Assembly: GCF_006345805.1 (NCBI RefSeq)
Contig: NC_043007.1
Span: forward strand, 75,206,001 to 75,270,000
Direction: 5' to 3'
Length of the DNA stretch: 64,000 nucleotides
Origin: Octopus sinensis
Lineage: Eukaryota
The notes below the pieces were generated by a model. It was not told the DNA's origin. It did no database searches and worked only from the letters and a program-made list of their open reading frames with translations. This document shows positions 41,406 through 55,000 of the stretch, in pieces (within the stretch, counting starts at the first letter, position 1; every line of letters starts with the position of its first letter). Made by a program: the position numbers and the translations under genes.

Positions 41406-42744
41406 GCACACATACATACGCATAGAGAAAAAGACAGGTAATTACATATATATATAATTAACGCATGAGTTGCCAAATCAATATCATAATTACTCAATCG
41501 TTTCCTGAGTCTCTAACCGTATGGCAATTTGGTAAATTATTTCCTGTTTTGGCGAACGACTCATCATCGGTATTATTATTATCATCATCATCATACTGTC
41601 CCCCTCCTCCACTCTAAGAAAACTCATTAATGATAATTTTACCATAATTATTCACGCTAGAATAAAAGCCAAAAAAAAAAAGCAAACTACATTTTTTTTT
41701 TTATTTTATCACGAACGTTACATTTAATGTTTTTTTTACTGTAGATATATATGTATGTTGTTGGTTTGTTCCATTGAGTCTGCCTATGGACATATTTGGT
41801 AAAAATTACCTGGTGTATATCTCTCCAGGGGTATTACTGGCTGTCATACATAAAAACCAATCAGCTCTTAGTTTCCTTTTATTATATTAGATATATTTAT
41901 ATTTATTTCTTCCTTGCTTCATCTTGTTGCTCCTCATATACAGTGAAAACCACAGAAATATTTTACGTCAGGTGTAATAAAACGAAATACATTAATTAAC
42001 TTCGGTTTCTATTTATATTTCCTCGGAACCATTTTTTTACTCCCTCTACCCCCTTTTTTTTCTGCTCCCTAAGTATAAACTTTTATTATATATTTTCTTT
42101 TCTTTTTTTTCGTGTTTGTGTTATATTTAATTTCTGAGTATATAGCACTTGTATTCTGTGATTTATTAAATTAAAAGAGACAAATTTATCTTAAAATGAA
42201 ATGGATTCGTCTTTAATATTTTCGCGAACCTATATTTCTCTTTGCATCGACTACTACCTGGCAGCACCTTTTTGGAACTGGTTCTCCTTATCATTTTTAC
42301 AACCTATATAACTCACTGCCAAATACTCGCTTCATCGAGCAACTTGTTGAAAAAAATTACATTTTCCGCTGATGTCACATTCGTTAAAGACATTTTACTG
42401 CAACTTTCAACTCCCGCATTGGTTATATTAAATTATCATTTTCCCCCGATCTTCCTTCAACTTTAACTCAACTTATAATCGCCCCAAAATGTTTAAGTTC
42501 TCTCTAACCTTCTTATCAGAGACATTAGAGCATTCCTTTCTCCCCAGAGGATATTCCTCATCTCAGTTTCACCTATAATATCCAATAGCTTAGCCGCCCT
42601 CCCGTCTCTGTCTCGACTGACAAGCACCAGTTGCCACCATTCCTTACCAACACTTCGCCTCCTCACTTTGCTTATTTGAGGTTTATTTTAGTTGACAACA
42701 TTAAAGTTGGGGAAATGCTTTTTCGTAGGTACAAACTAACTATA

Positions 42745-42796
<52 letters not shown>

Positions 42797-44466
42797 GCGC
42801 GCACACACACACACATATATTATACATATACACGCACACATATATATATGCGCGCACACACAAATACACCTTACACGTGTGTGTACATATGTATATATAT
42901 GCATATATATTTGTGTTGTATATATACACACACGCACTCACACTCACCGACAGACACTCGCAGAAAGTGAGTGAGAGAGTGGGGCAGTACCTTTCTCGTA
43001 ATTAAAAATCCTTTTACATGGCTGATAAAAAAAAAAAAATACTGTTTACCTGGAAAATTTATTGCTTTGAAAAACTTGAACATATGTGGTGGTAAGGAGG
43101 GAAGGGGAGCCGACTGTCTGTTCGTTGAGGCGTAATGTTATTACTTCCAAATATATTTGATATGATGTGACTGACTTGGTTATATTTAAGGTGTGTGTAT
43201 GTGGCTCCCACACTCGCATGGAGCAAACTTATTCCAGAAGTCTATGATATTAATGGGGAGAATGGTGATGGAGTTAGAAACGGGAACTTTTGGTTTTCAC
43301 TATGGACGCTCTGTTAAAATTGCAGAAAAGCTTCCCCACTTTTTTTCTATATTTTCGTTTTAACTTCCTTCTGTTAATCTGCTACTCTTATTTTGGAACT
43401 ATCAAGATTGATTTTAAAACATGTTATGTTTTGTTCGTGTGCAGTGAAGTATTTCACATGAAATTAATTGCATGACTGAACATAAATATTCGTTTAATAT
43501 TTTATTTCTTTACTCTCTTGATGTCATTTTAAATTCCGTCTCCACAAAAAGAAAGAGAATCTATGCTTTCTTTCCAACAGTTGCATCCGAATGTCAAAGT
43601 TTTTGATGCTCGGTTGAGCAAACTAAATAATTGATTTATTTTGTAGACAAATGAGCAGACTTCATATTTCCAATGCTTTATTATTTGTATGGCAATTTTT
43701 TTCTCCAAAAAATTCTTTGAGGCTTTATATTTAGCTTGTTTTAATACATTTTCAGCTTGATTTCATTGTCAAATTACATAAAATGCAAGGAAATAACAAC
43801 TAGGAAAAAATATAAAATATTTTGTTCCATTTATTTTTCTTCATGGCTTTTAGCTTTATACCATTCAGGAAATATTTTATTAGCCTAATCCTGTTATTTT
43901 TCAAATGAACAAAAGAAAAATTAGATTTTTTAAATTAAAAATTCTACTTTTTTCACTTTAATCAGATATAGTACCAAACAAAAAATACAGGATTAATCAA
44001 ATACTTTTTTTTTTATAAATTACCATTTATTTTTTCTAATACACTTATCTCTATTTATGTAATTGATACCATCACAGAAAATACATCAAAATATTTATTT
44101 GAAGCATATAAAGAAATTTTAGATGAAGCAACTAAGTGCAAAATTAACATATCAGACCAAAAAGAGTATATTTTAGGATGTAATTTATGATTGTCACTCT
44201 ACTCAGTCTTTGACTTGGTTCTAAATGATTCCCCTCTACTTTAAGATGTGGTTAATTATTTTCTGTGAATCTAAAACTTCACTTCCATCTCCTCCTGTAT
44301 TTCCTGATAAACACTGAGTCAGAATATAAATTAATTTCCTGCGTTCTGCTCTGTAACACATTTGGATACCAAAACCAGGGACTCCACCCAAGATAGGTAC
44401 TAAAATTGGATCATCTATTTGTGTGTGTTCTCTTCTATTTTTAATTATTTGAAATTATATACATAC

Positions 44467-44498
<32 letters not shown>

Positions 44499-45699
44499 GC
44501 ACGGACACATGTATACACACATGGTTGTGCATGTGTATGTATGTATGGGCCATAGCTGAGAGTAAAACTGGTCCCACGGATCACTTTCAACAAAAGTACA
44601 AATATAAATGGCAAGTACTAGAAGGGCTTCATGGAACAGCACAGCCTTGTTTTTGCTAATACAAGATTTCAGAACCATAAAGTTTGGTTCTAAATATACA
44701 GCCGTCCCTGTCACAGTGTTGTTCAACTAAGCTACATCTTAACTAGAAAGAAGTGGATTAATATCATTGAAAATTCACATTTGTACAACTCTTTGAATGT
44801 GTTGAATCTGACTGCAGAATTGTTTCATGCAAATGCCAGGTAAGTTACTGCAAAGGACTAACCAGAGATCCTGCAAAACATATCAACCAGGTGATGTTAA
44901 CCGATGTAAAGAATTTTCAATTGCTATACACAATAAGTTCATGAGGAGGCAGCAAAAGAGCTCAGCTGAGCCAATGGTACTTCTAACATTGATGCTAAGC
45001 AGAGGAATCCTAGAAGACCAACAGTCAAGATCACCAAGCTGTATCGAGAAACTGACTGTAGTGCATCCATAGGGGAAGCATTCATGGTTGTATAATCAGA
45101 TAATGAAAGATTTACTATGACTCAATCTCCCAATAGAAATGAATAGCAACAGAGCGTCATAATTATCCATGTAAGGAGTACAACTGGATGATGATTATAA
45201 ACGGGTTTGTAATCCCTGTGACTGACTTGGAGACAAGAATTGCAGTGCTGTATATGACACCCTAAACTACCAACATGTATAGCACTGGAATTGCTCCCAA
45301 AGAAGACACTAATTCGTTGCTTACAATGGCGAGAGAGGATTTGAAGAAAGCAGGCCAGAAACTTCAATTTAGGTCCACTACAAATACTGAAAAGCACTTA
45401 GATTCATCTAAAATAGAATTTGATGAAGCATACACAGAAACTCTAGAGGCTCACATTAAGTTCAAATATGAAGAGGTTGACTAGCTCCACAGTGAGAACA
45501 AGCACACTGCCGCTTGGGCAACTCTGATGAAAATACCATAAGAGAACTTCTCAAGTAATCCATGTTATGGGAGAACCATTGACCAGCATTTAGAGGCCTG
45601 CTTTCAGCACTTTAGATTGCTACTTGGTAACACAGTTATGTGACTCCAAATTTAACAGGAATCCTTTCTTCAACTATAAATTAGCAGACAGCCTACTGA

Positions 45700-46680
45700 T
45701 CCAGATTGGCCCATCCACCACCGTTAAGAAACAACAAGACCCCAGGTCCAGATAACATCCAAGCCAACACCTGGAAAAGTCTACCCTTTCACCGATATCT
45801 GATGGACTTATGTAACAAGACCTATAAATAAAACAAACCAACAACCTTGTAGAAGTCTTCAATTATTCCACTTTTAATAAAAAATGATCCCCAACTGTTT
45901 CAGAACTACAGAGGAATTTTACTCTCACCTCCACAATTCAAAACTTTCAACTCTATGGTCATGTATTCAGTCTTTGCATTGGGAAACAGACCAACTTTGG
46001 CAGCAGCATTCTCAGGAGATGTTAAATCTGATATATCACACAGTTGAATGACTTTGTTGGTAAGATCATCAAAACTCTACAATTCCATTCTCCTTAATTG
46101 AATTTCCCCTTATATTGGTCTCATCTTATAATGGAACCCAAACAGCTTCCTGTGGAAGGCAGATCAACACTACCTCAGACCCTTGTCATTTGAAGAATTA
46201 TAGAATAACTAAGAATGTCCGAGTAAAAAGTATCAATTGTATTTGTGCTTTTTCAAAATATTTGATAGTGTCGGCAGTAAGGTAATGTTACATATCTTGT
46301 AGAACTGTGGTATTCTAGATAAGATTGTCAAGGTCCTTGCTGTCATGCATGAAAATCCATGAAGTCTTGTACAAAGCATACATGGTCCAGCTGGAGCATT
46401 TCCAACCACAGCAGAAACCTTTCAGAAAGACATCTTAGCTCCTTTTTACTCTGTGATTGTAGTGGACTACATCCTTAGACAAAGTCTTGAGTCCCCAAAG
46501 GAAACAGCTTTGCCATCATGCAGAAACAGTCAAGATGTCAACAGAGCATGTATCTCTCTAACGCTCACTATAATAAAAATTTTGCCCAGATTTGTTAATA
46601 TCCTTGAGAATTCTGTATCCAAAGTTGGTCTCTCTCAATGCAAAGAAAACTGAATATATGACCATCACTAAGAAGGAAAC
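45700..46680 (+). mobile_element. Highly decayed LINE reverse transcriptase fragment (RTE-like, a different family)
   Basis: NNKTPGPDNI, QNYRGILL, FDSV and FQKDILAPFYSVIVVDY (compare QGDTLAPFLFIIVLDY) in broken frames. Confidence 0.6.
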
Positions 46681-46889
46681 CCATCTGCCAATTTGTTCTA
46701 ATGATAATACATATCTTGATGAGTTTAGTGACTACGCTCGAGCAGCTAACTGGCTTCTGTGCCAGTGACACGTAAAAAGCACCATTCGAGCATGATCCTT
46801 ACTGGCACTTGTGCCAGTGGCATGTGAAAAAACATTCAAGCAAAATTGTTGTCAGTGCCGCTATTTTCTATATTTTTATGATCTTTTAT

Positions 46890-48272
46890 TTTCTAGAGTT
46901 TTAGTAAGAAATATATTGCTTTTCTTTTATTGTACTAACAATATCTACTTGTTACTTTCTAATTATTGAAAAGGTTGCAAGACGCAACGAAAATTTTAGG
47001 AAAATAAAAATAAGAAATAAGTGGAAATTTTACTAGTTACTTTCTAACTATTGAAAAGGTTGCAAGACACAATGAAAATTTTAGGAAAATAAAAATAAGA
47101 AATAAGTAGAAATTTTACCAGTGTGTGTGTTACATTATAAGGCACAAAAAGAAAATGAATCTCCCCAGACACAACAGAATATGCTTCAACACACAAACTC
47201 ATATAAAGAATCTTGCAAACCAAATCCAAAAACGAAATACTTTCTAATTATATTACTAAAATTCCCTTCCATTTATTAGACAATCGTCTTATTATTTTAT
47301 ATCAATTTTACTTTTATTGTCTTCCATAATCTTTTAAATATTGACTTTGTGTTCTTGAAATGTTACATCAAGAATTTAGTATTTGACAAAGATTTTCTTT
47401 CATCTGAGGATGTAGCTTAAATTCTGCATTATTTTGAAAGATTTTTTGCAGTTTACACTAATGCAGACATGTAAATAATTTATTTCGTGTCAAATATAAA
47501 TTATCTACATGTTTTTAAGTTACAAAACAATTTGTCATGATATTCAAATTTTCTTATTGTTAAATAAAATTTCATCAAACCATTTCTTTGTCATTTATGA
47601 CGTTCTATTTATGTGCATGTGTATGATGTTAATGATGATGATGATGATGATATATTCTGAGACCCCCTTTGGTCATGACACTGGCCATGGAATTGCACCT
47701 AGAATGTTGCCCTCCCATGCACAAGTCCAGGCAAGGTTGTTTATAGAAGACCAGCAGTTGCCCATGCATACCGGCCACCCCTCTCCACGCCACCACTGTT
47801 ATCCGAGGGAAAGGCAAAGGCTGATACAGCTTGGCACCTGTGACTTCACGACTTATTTCTACAGCTGAGTGAACAGGAACAATGTGATATAAAGTATCTT
47901 GCTCAAGAACACAACACGCAGCCCGGTCCGGGATTCGAGCTCACAACCTCATGATCGTAAGCTCGACACTCTAACCACTGAGCCATGCACCTTCACATGA
48001 TGATATATATATATATATTTTCTAGAGTTTTAGTAAGAAATATATTGCTTTTCTTTTATTGTACTAACAATATCTACTTGTTACTTTCTAATTATTGAAA
48101 AGGTTGCAAGACGCAACGAAAATTTTAGGAAAATAAAAATAAGAAATAAGTGGAAATTTTACTAGTTACTTTCTAACTATTGAAAAGGTTGCAAGACACA
48201 ATGAAAATTTTAGGAAAATAAAAATAAGAAATAAGTGGAAATTTTACTAGTTACTTTCTAACTATTGAAAAG
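46890..48272 (+). repeat. 85-bp-unit repeat block present twice (46890-47120 and 48019-48272)
   Basis: gttactttcta recurs at 46951, 47036, 48080, 48165 and 48250; the family also occurs inverted at about 3000-3185. Confidence 0.85.
47655..47997 (-). mobile_element. tRNA-derived SINE family 3 (CORE-like)
   Basis: On - strand tggctcagtggtta (A box)...ctcgaatcccgg (B box)...ttcttgagcaagatacttt. Related copies at about 5040-5270, 30100-30370(+) and 61900-62195. Confidence 0.75.
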
Positions 48273-49199
48273 CATCGTTTAGCATCTGTTTTCTATGCTG
48301 GCATGGACAGTTTGACAGGAGCTGGCCAACTGTAGAGTTGTCCCGTCTCCAATTGTCTCTTATGGCATTGTTTCCATGGCTGGATGCCCTTCCTAATGCC
48401 GTCTGCTTTACAGACTGTATTGGTTGTTCTTTATAAAGGACAAGCATGTATATGTGGATAACAGCAATTTTGCTTATCTTGACACACCTTCTCAAGTACA
48501 GCAACGTAACTTCCAATCCCTCGTCCTTTCCTCAATGAGGCCCAGTGTCCATAGACCACTTCATCCCACATCTTCCTGAATCTAGTTTGTTTTTGTATCA
48601 AGTTATATATCTATATATATATATAAGAATAATTTAACATTAAACTAAAGGATTACTCAATACATTTTACTAGAGTATACATTTATTAACTTTTACAACA
48701 AAAATTCGATAGTGACTTCAAAATTTTTCAACTTGCTTCCCTTTGCCAAACCATGATTTATTTTGCTTCTCTCTGGTATTATATAGTCTTTGGCAAGTTG
48801 CATTTATGGAGTAATCTGAATGATAATGATATTTAGGTATAGTGCAGGTAGACACGGAAAGCAGTTGTGTAGGAAATTGGGAATAAAAGAGAATAGGAGA
48901 AAAGCATGCTTTCATATGGTGAAGATTGATAGAAAGATATTGTGAAAATATTTATTATGGTTTGATATAGAAATCTTATACATAACGACTATCATAAACT
49001 GAATATGACACATCTTCTATTATTTTACTTCCTGCCTGACTTAACCCTAAGCAATAAAAAGATAAGTCTGCATGTATAACTGCAAGTCCTTGAAGTTGAT
49101 TGTGTAAGTCAGGAAAGTGTAACAAGCATTCACATAAGTTCCATCTGCTGTAATAAGTCATCCGCAGTGTTTTCATGTTGGTGGTATATAATCACAAGT

Positions 49200-50435
49200 G
49201 TCCCAAATCACCATTGCTCAGAGTAAAAGGTAGACTGTATGATGCATGTGTGCGAACTGCCATGCTACATGGCAGTGAAACATGGGCCGTGACTGCTGAG
49301 GATATGTGTAAGCTTGCAAGGAATGAAACCAGTATGCTCCGCTGGATGTGTAATGTCAGTCTGCATACATGACAGAGTGTAAGCGCCCTGAGAGAAAAGT
49401 TGGATTTAAGAAGCATCAGATGTGGTGTGCAAGAGAGATGACTGTGCTGGTATGGTCATGTGTTGCAAATGGATGAGGACAGCTGTGTGAAAAAGTGTCA
49501 CACCTTAGCAGTTGAGGGAACCTGTGGAAGAGGTAGACACAGGAAAACCTGGGATGAGGTGGTAAAGCACAACCTTCAAACATTGGGCCTTACCGAGGCA
49601 GTAAGTAGTGACCGAAACCTTTGGAGATATGCTGTGCTTGAGAAGATCCAACAAGCCAAGTGAGACCATAGCCTAAGGCCTATGCCAGTGGGTGTAACCA
49701 GCCCATTTATGAATACCCCTCATTCATTGGACAATAAACCTTGCTTGTGAACATCTATTGAGGCAAGTGAAATCAAAATCAAAATTGCTGACATGGTCAA
49801 CGACAATACCACCTGATTGGCACTCATGCCAGTGGAACGTTAAAAGCACATCCAAATGTGGGGTGTAACCGGCCCACTTATGAATACCCCTATTCACTGG
49901 ACAATGAACTTTGCTTGCGAAGACCTATTCAGGCAAGTGTAAACCAACCAAAATTACTGACATGGCCCATGACAGTACCGCCTGATTGGCATTCATGCCA
50001 GTGGAACGTTAAAAGCACATCTGAACGTGATCATTGCCAGGGCCACGGATTGGCTCCTGTGCTGGTGACACGGGAAAAGCACCATTTGAGCATGATCATT
50101 GCCAGTGTTGCCTTACCAGCACATGTGCCAGTGGCACGTGAAAAACAACATTCATGTGTGGTCATTGCCAGTGCTGTCACACCGGCTCCCATGCAGGTAG
50201 CACGTAAAAACGTCTTTTGAGTGTGAGTGTGGTCGTTGCCAGAACTGCCTGACTGGCCCTCATGCTGGTGGCACGTAAAAAGCACCCACTACACTCTCAG
50301 AGTGGTTGGCATTAGGAAGGGCATCCATCCTTAGAAACTTTGCCAGACCAGATTGAGCTCACCAGTCCTCAGTCAAACCGTCCAACCCATGCCAGCATGG
50401 AAAGCGGATGTTAAACAATGATGATGATGATGATG
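49200..50435 (+). mobile_element. 5'-truncated RTE LINE of the same family, with complete 3' UTR and (GAT)n tail
   Basis: KGRLYDACVRTAMLHGSETWAVT and GRGRHRKTW; ends ccatgccagcatggaaagcggatgttaaacaat(gat)n. Confidence 0.9.
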
Positions 50436-51634
50436 CATACATATATATATACATACATGCATATTTAGTACCTTATTTCTGCAAATACAACACACATTTT
50501 TTGCAGTCTTCATCAGTGTAAACTAATTAATTAATTATTGATTCATTTGTCAAAGTCTTTTGCCATTTTGCCACACAACTTTGGCCTTCTGAAATGATCT
50601 ACTTTTACCTTTGTTTTCTTCTTTTGTGCCTGGTATTACATGTATTTAAAAATGTGTGTGTGTATGTATGCATGAATTTATGTGCATAATATGTATGTAT
50701 GTGTGTTGTAATTGGACTGGTTGTACTGTATGTGCATGTGATTTTGTTTCTGCTTTATTTTTTATCACTTCCTGGAATTGGTAAAAAAATAAGCAGAAAC
50801 AAAATCACACACACATACAGAACAACCAGAAAACATTACTGCTAATGGTAGGTGCTCAGCATGGCCACAGCCTCTGCCAAAAACCAATTTAAAATGTGTA
50901 TATATATTTGTCTGTATGTATGGTTCTTCAGATTTAAAAAAAAAATTTTTTTCCCGTGCAGAAATGAAGCTTGGCACTCAAAGTGGCAAGGCTCTTCTCT
51001 TTAAGTCTAAACAGCTCTTGGCATTTGTGGTTACCTGAATTGGCTGATGGATACATTATATGTACGTGTGTTTGTGTGCACTAATGTATTCCATATGTAT
51101 GTGTAATTATGTTCAACCAGGAACCTCAAATGCTTTTCATATGATTTTCACTGTTCCTCCAACTGATTGTATCTGGAGAATGCAAATCAGTCAGCCCTAT
51201 CTATTCTTCTTGGAGAAACCAAATATTTCTAAATTTCTGTGCTGATGTATTGTTACACAGCCCAGTGCACCTATGACAATAGGAACATACGAAAATGTAT
51301 TGCCTGTATGTAAGAGCTGTAGGCTTCTCATCAGTTCTCTATTGGTGTTCTCATTTCCCCACTAATTTCAGAAGACACATTCACTGATTTTATCTACAAC
51401 AATGCATAACTTTTTCTCCCTATCCCTTACAACTATATCTTGTTCTGTTGGGCTTATACCAGTTTCCTGTTTTTATCAGAATGTTTCCCCATCATCAACA
51501 TCATTATATGACTTTTTTCCTTGCTGGGTTGGATGGTTTGCAGGATAAAAAAACTGCAGAGTTGTATCAGGCTCCAGTGTCTACTTTGGCATGGTTTCTA
51601 AGGCTTAATGCCTTCCTAATGTCATCCACTTTAA

Positions 51635-51854
51635 CCCTTTAGTGTTCGCATTATTCTGCCCAAATTAATGCTTTTTAATCCACATTGTTTTAAACTAATC
51701 ATGCAATATCTTGTAGCTATGAGATTTTGATGAGGTAGCTGTTAATTTTTAAACGATATTGTAGGGTTGGTGTGAGAGACCAGATCTGGCCAGTTTGAAT
51801 ATAAAACAAACAGAATACTTTTGGCCAGATATGGCCGGTTTAAATGCTAAAGGG
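51635..51854 (+). mobile_element. piggyBac-type MITE, best-preserved copy
   Basis: Perfect TTAA|CCCTTTAG...CTAAAGGG|TTAA; a TTAA target and CCC termini are piggyBac hallmarks. Confidence 0.85.
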
Positions 51855-52895
51855 TTAAATGTACTACATGCTTTTTTCATGACATTATTACTTGGAAGTC
51901 ACCAAGAAACTTGCAAGACAGTAAATAAAGAAAAAGGACATTCAATTGAGTGGTGGTGTATTTGAGAGAAGACTAAACTATGATAGAGGAGCAAGCACAG
52001 GTGTCTTGCTTGCTATAGAGGAAATAAATGGTTACCCTGTATTATACAAGGGTTGGTGAGAGTGGTTTAGAGTAAAATAAAGAAGGTGGTGATGGAGTCC
52101 TAAGCATACCCTAAAGGTGCAAGAAGGGAAGTGTAAGAATGTGGACTGGGGACCATATAAGAATGTGTACTGGGGACCAGGAGAAAAAGAAAGGGTGGGG
52201 GTGATTTCATAATAAGCGTGGGGGAGGTGAGTGACAGATGGTTAGAAATGGATGTAGTGAGTGTTGAACAAGGGTGGAGATATGGTTGATGGTAAATAGC
52301 AGTAGGGAGGATGGGAGAGAGTGGAAAACAGCAGTATCAGATATCTGAGAAAGCTGGAGAGATGATAAATGTGAGAATGGAGGTGATGGTGAGGGGGATG
52401 AACTGTGATAGATATGGAGGTGCAAATAATTTCTGGTTCTACTGTGCCATTGGTGTCGGCTTTAGGACAATGTATGTATGGTTGGATGGATGGGTATATT
52501 CAGTATGTGTTATACTACATATTAATATATATATATATATATATTGCTAAGATATGGTTCTTGCTGATGACTGAGGGCTTCGATGTCCCGTCCTGTGTGA
52601 GAATGGAGGTGAGTGTGATGGTGAGGGGGATGAACTGTGATAGATATGGGTGCAATTAATTCTGGTTATACTGTGCCATGGGTCGGCTTTAGGACAATGT
52701 TGATGGTTGGATGGATGGGTATATCATGTATGTGTTATAACATACATATCATATTATATATATATATAGATATGATTGCTAAGCATAGATCTGGTCTTGA
52801 GGATGACTGAGGGATTGAATGTCCGTCCTCGGTTCTTGTGTCGTCTCGTGGTTTTGTTTCTTGTTCTTGTCCATGTCTGTAATATTTTTAATGTT

Positions 52896-52954
<59 letters not shown>

Positions 52955-53232
52955 CCTTACCCTTAGTAGTTTCGGTCACTGGACTGTGAACTGTGGAATA
53001 TATATATATATATATATTCTTTTATCTTTCACTTACTTCAGTCATTTCAACTACAGCCATGCTGGGGCACCGCTTTTTAAGGGTTTTAGTTGAACAAATC
53101 GACCCCAGGGCTTATTTTTTTTAAAGCTTAATACTTGTTCTATCAGTCTCTTTTGCCAAACTGTTCAGTTACAGGGACATAAACACACCAGTGCTAGTTG
53201 CTAGCAGTGGTGGGGGACAAACAGACACAAAG

Positions 53233-53267
<35 letters not shown>

Positions 53268-53344
53268 CATACACACTCACACAGATATATGTGCATGTAT
53301 TTGTGTATGATTATATATGTGTGTACACATAATATATATATAGG

Positions 53345-53700
53345 TGCAGGCATGGCTGTGGAGTAAGAAGCTTCCTTCCTGACCACATGGTTTTCAGTTC
53401 AGTCCCACTGCGTGACACCTTGGGCAAGTGTCTTCTACTATAGCCTTGGACTGACCAAAGCCTTGTGAGTGGATTTGGTAGACAGAAACTGGAAGAAGCC
53501 CTTGTGTGTGTGTGTGTGTCTGTATCCACTACCACCACCACCACTTGACAATTGGTATTGGTGCATTTATCTCCCTATAACTTAGCTGGTCAGCAAAAAA
53601 GACCGATAGAATGAATATCAGATTCAATTCATTTGACTAAAAGTTCTTCAAGGTGATGTCCCAGCACAGCCACAGAGTAGTGACTGAAATATATAAAAGA
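53345..53700 (+). mobile_element. Bipartite tRNA-derived SINE family 2 with internal microsatellite
   Basis: gcaggcatggctgtg..ggttcagtcccactg..ccttgggcaagtgtc head, (GT)n, then gactgaaa tail. Other copies at about 1317-1470, 2250-2405, 16866-17030, 35665-36060 and 60195-60540. Confidence 0.75.
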
Positions 53701-54009
53701 TTATATATATATATAATTTAACAGAATGAGATAAAAAGAATCCAAGGCTGTGAAAGATTTCAGAACATTTATAAATATAAAGTCTTACAGCTGTTTCCGG
53801 GATATTTTATATATCGCTTCATCTGAGATGGTGTGAGAAAATGGTTAAGCAATAGTTATTCTAGATAAGATATGAAATAGAGAGTGAAGTGAAGGAATGA
53901 AAATAGATGTGAGATATCCAGGGATATTGTATCTGTAGTTCCATTATTTAGGCAGAATGGTATATATATAAGATTCCTGTACCTTGTGAGTAAGTTTCAA
54001 TAGTATCTA

Positions 54010-54589
54010 AATGGTTATTCCAACCAAAAATATTCACCAAAAAATGTTAATGGTGCCTGTTTGGTGGTTCAATGCTGGTGTCATCCACTACAGCCTCATG
54101 AAACCTGGTAAGTCAATGACAGTAGATGTATACATCAACCAATTGGATGAAATCATTAGTGAACTTGCAATTAAACAACCAAGATTGGTCAACAGAGACA
54201 GGCCAATTCTCTTGCAAGACAATGCTCGACCACATGTTGCACAAAGAACACTACTCAAGTTACAGGAACTGAACTTGGAAGTACTCTGTCATCCATCATA
54301 TTCACTAGACCTTGCACCAATTGACTATCATGTTTTCCAGGCATTAGACAACTTTTTGCAAGGAAAAACTTCAAATCTGAAGAAGATGCAAAAACAGCCT
54401 TTCATGATTTCATCACCTCTTGCTCTCCAGAACTCTTTGCTGCCAGCATAAATAAGCTACCAATAAAATGGCAAAATGGTGTTGACAATTTAGGTGCATA
54501 CTTTGATTAACTACATTTGCTTTCTGTTGAGATAATGTAGAATAAACTTTCAGTTCAAAATCGGACATTTCATTCTTAATGACTTGATA
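54010..54589 (+). mobile_element. mariner 3' fragment (DD34D catalytic domain)
   Basis: VWW..GVIHY, LLQDNARPH, HPSYSLDLAPIDYHVF; 3' TIR plus TA at 54588-89. Confidence 0.92.
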
Positions 54590-54592
54590 TAT

Positions 54593-55000
54593 ATTAATAA
54601 TAATAAAGAGTATTGAGACTTGTACATCCACAAAATTTATTTTATAGTTATATATATTGACTGGGCCTGATGAAGCCTTCTGGCTTCACAGACCCCAGTA
54701 GAACCGTCCAACCCATGCTAGCATGGAAAACGGACGCTAAACGATGATGGTGATGATACAGCATATTACAGTGACCTACACATGTTTCCACTAACAAAAG
54801 TTTACTTCAATGAAGTCACTTTGAGGATGACCAAATGGACGGACCCTGATGAAGTTGCACTGACAATATTGCAAGGTTGCATTTGCAACAGTGAGTAGTC
54901 ACTGCAGTAGAAACACATGAAGGACATTATAATATGCTATATAGCTATAAAATAAAACAATCATGGATGTACAAGTCTCCATATTCTTTGTTATTATTAA
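54593..55000. mobile_element. Foldback element with about 100-bp inverted ends (left end interrupted by an RTE tail)
   Basis: attaataataa..gagacttgtacatcca..ttttatag..tata and gcatatta..catgtttc are mirrored at 54905-55000. Confidence 0.65.

Noticed and set aside
50000-50300. CRISPR-like repeat-spacer look of GTGCCAGTGGCACGTAAAAAGCAC units
   Set aside because: The intervening segments are homologous to each other, the array lies in a LINE 3' UTR, the genome is eukaryotic and there are no cas genes
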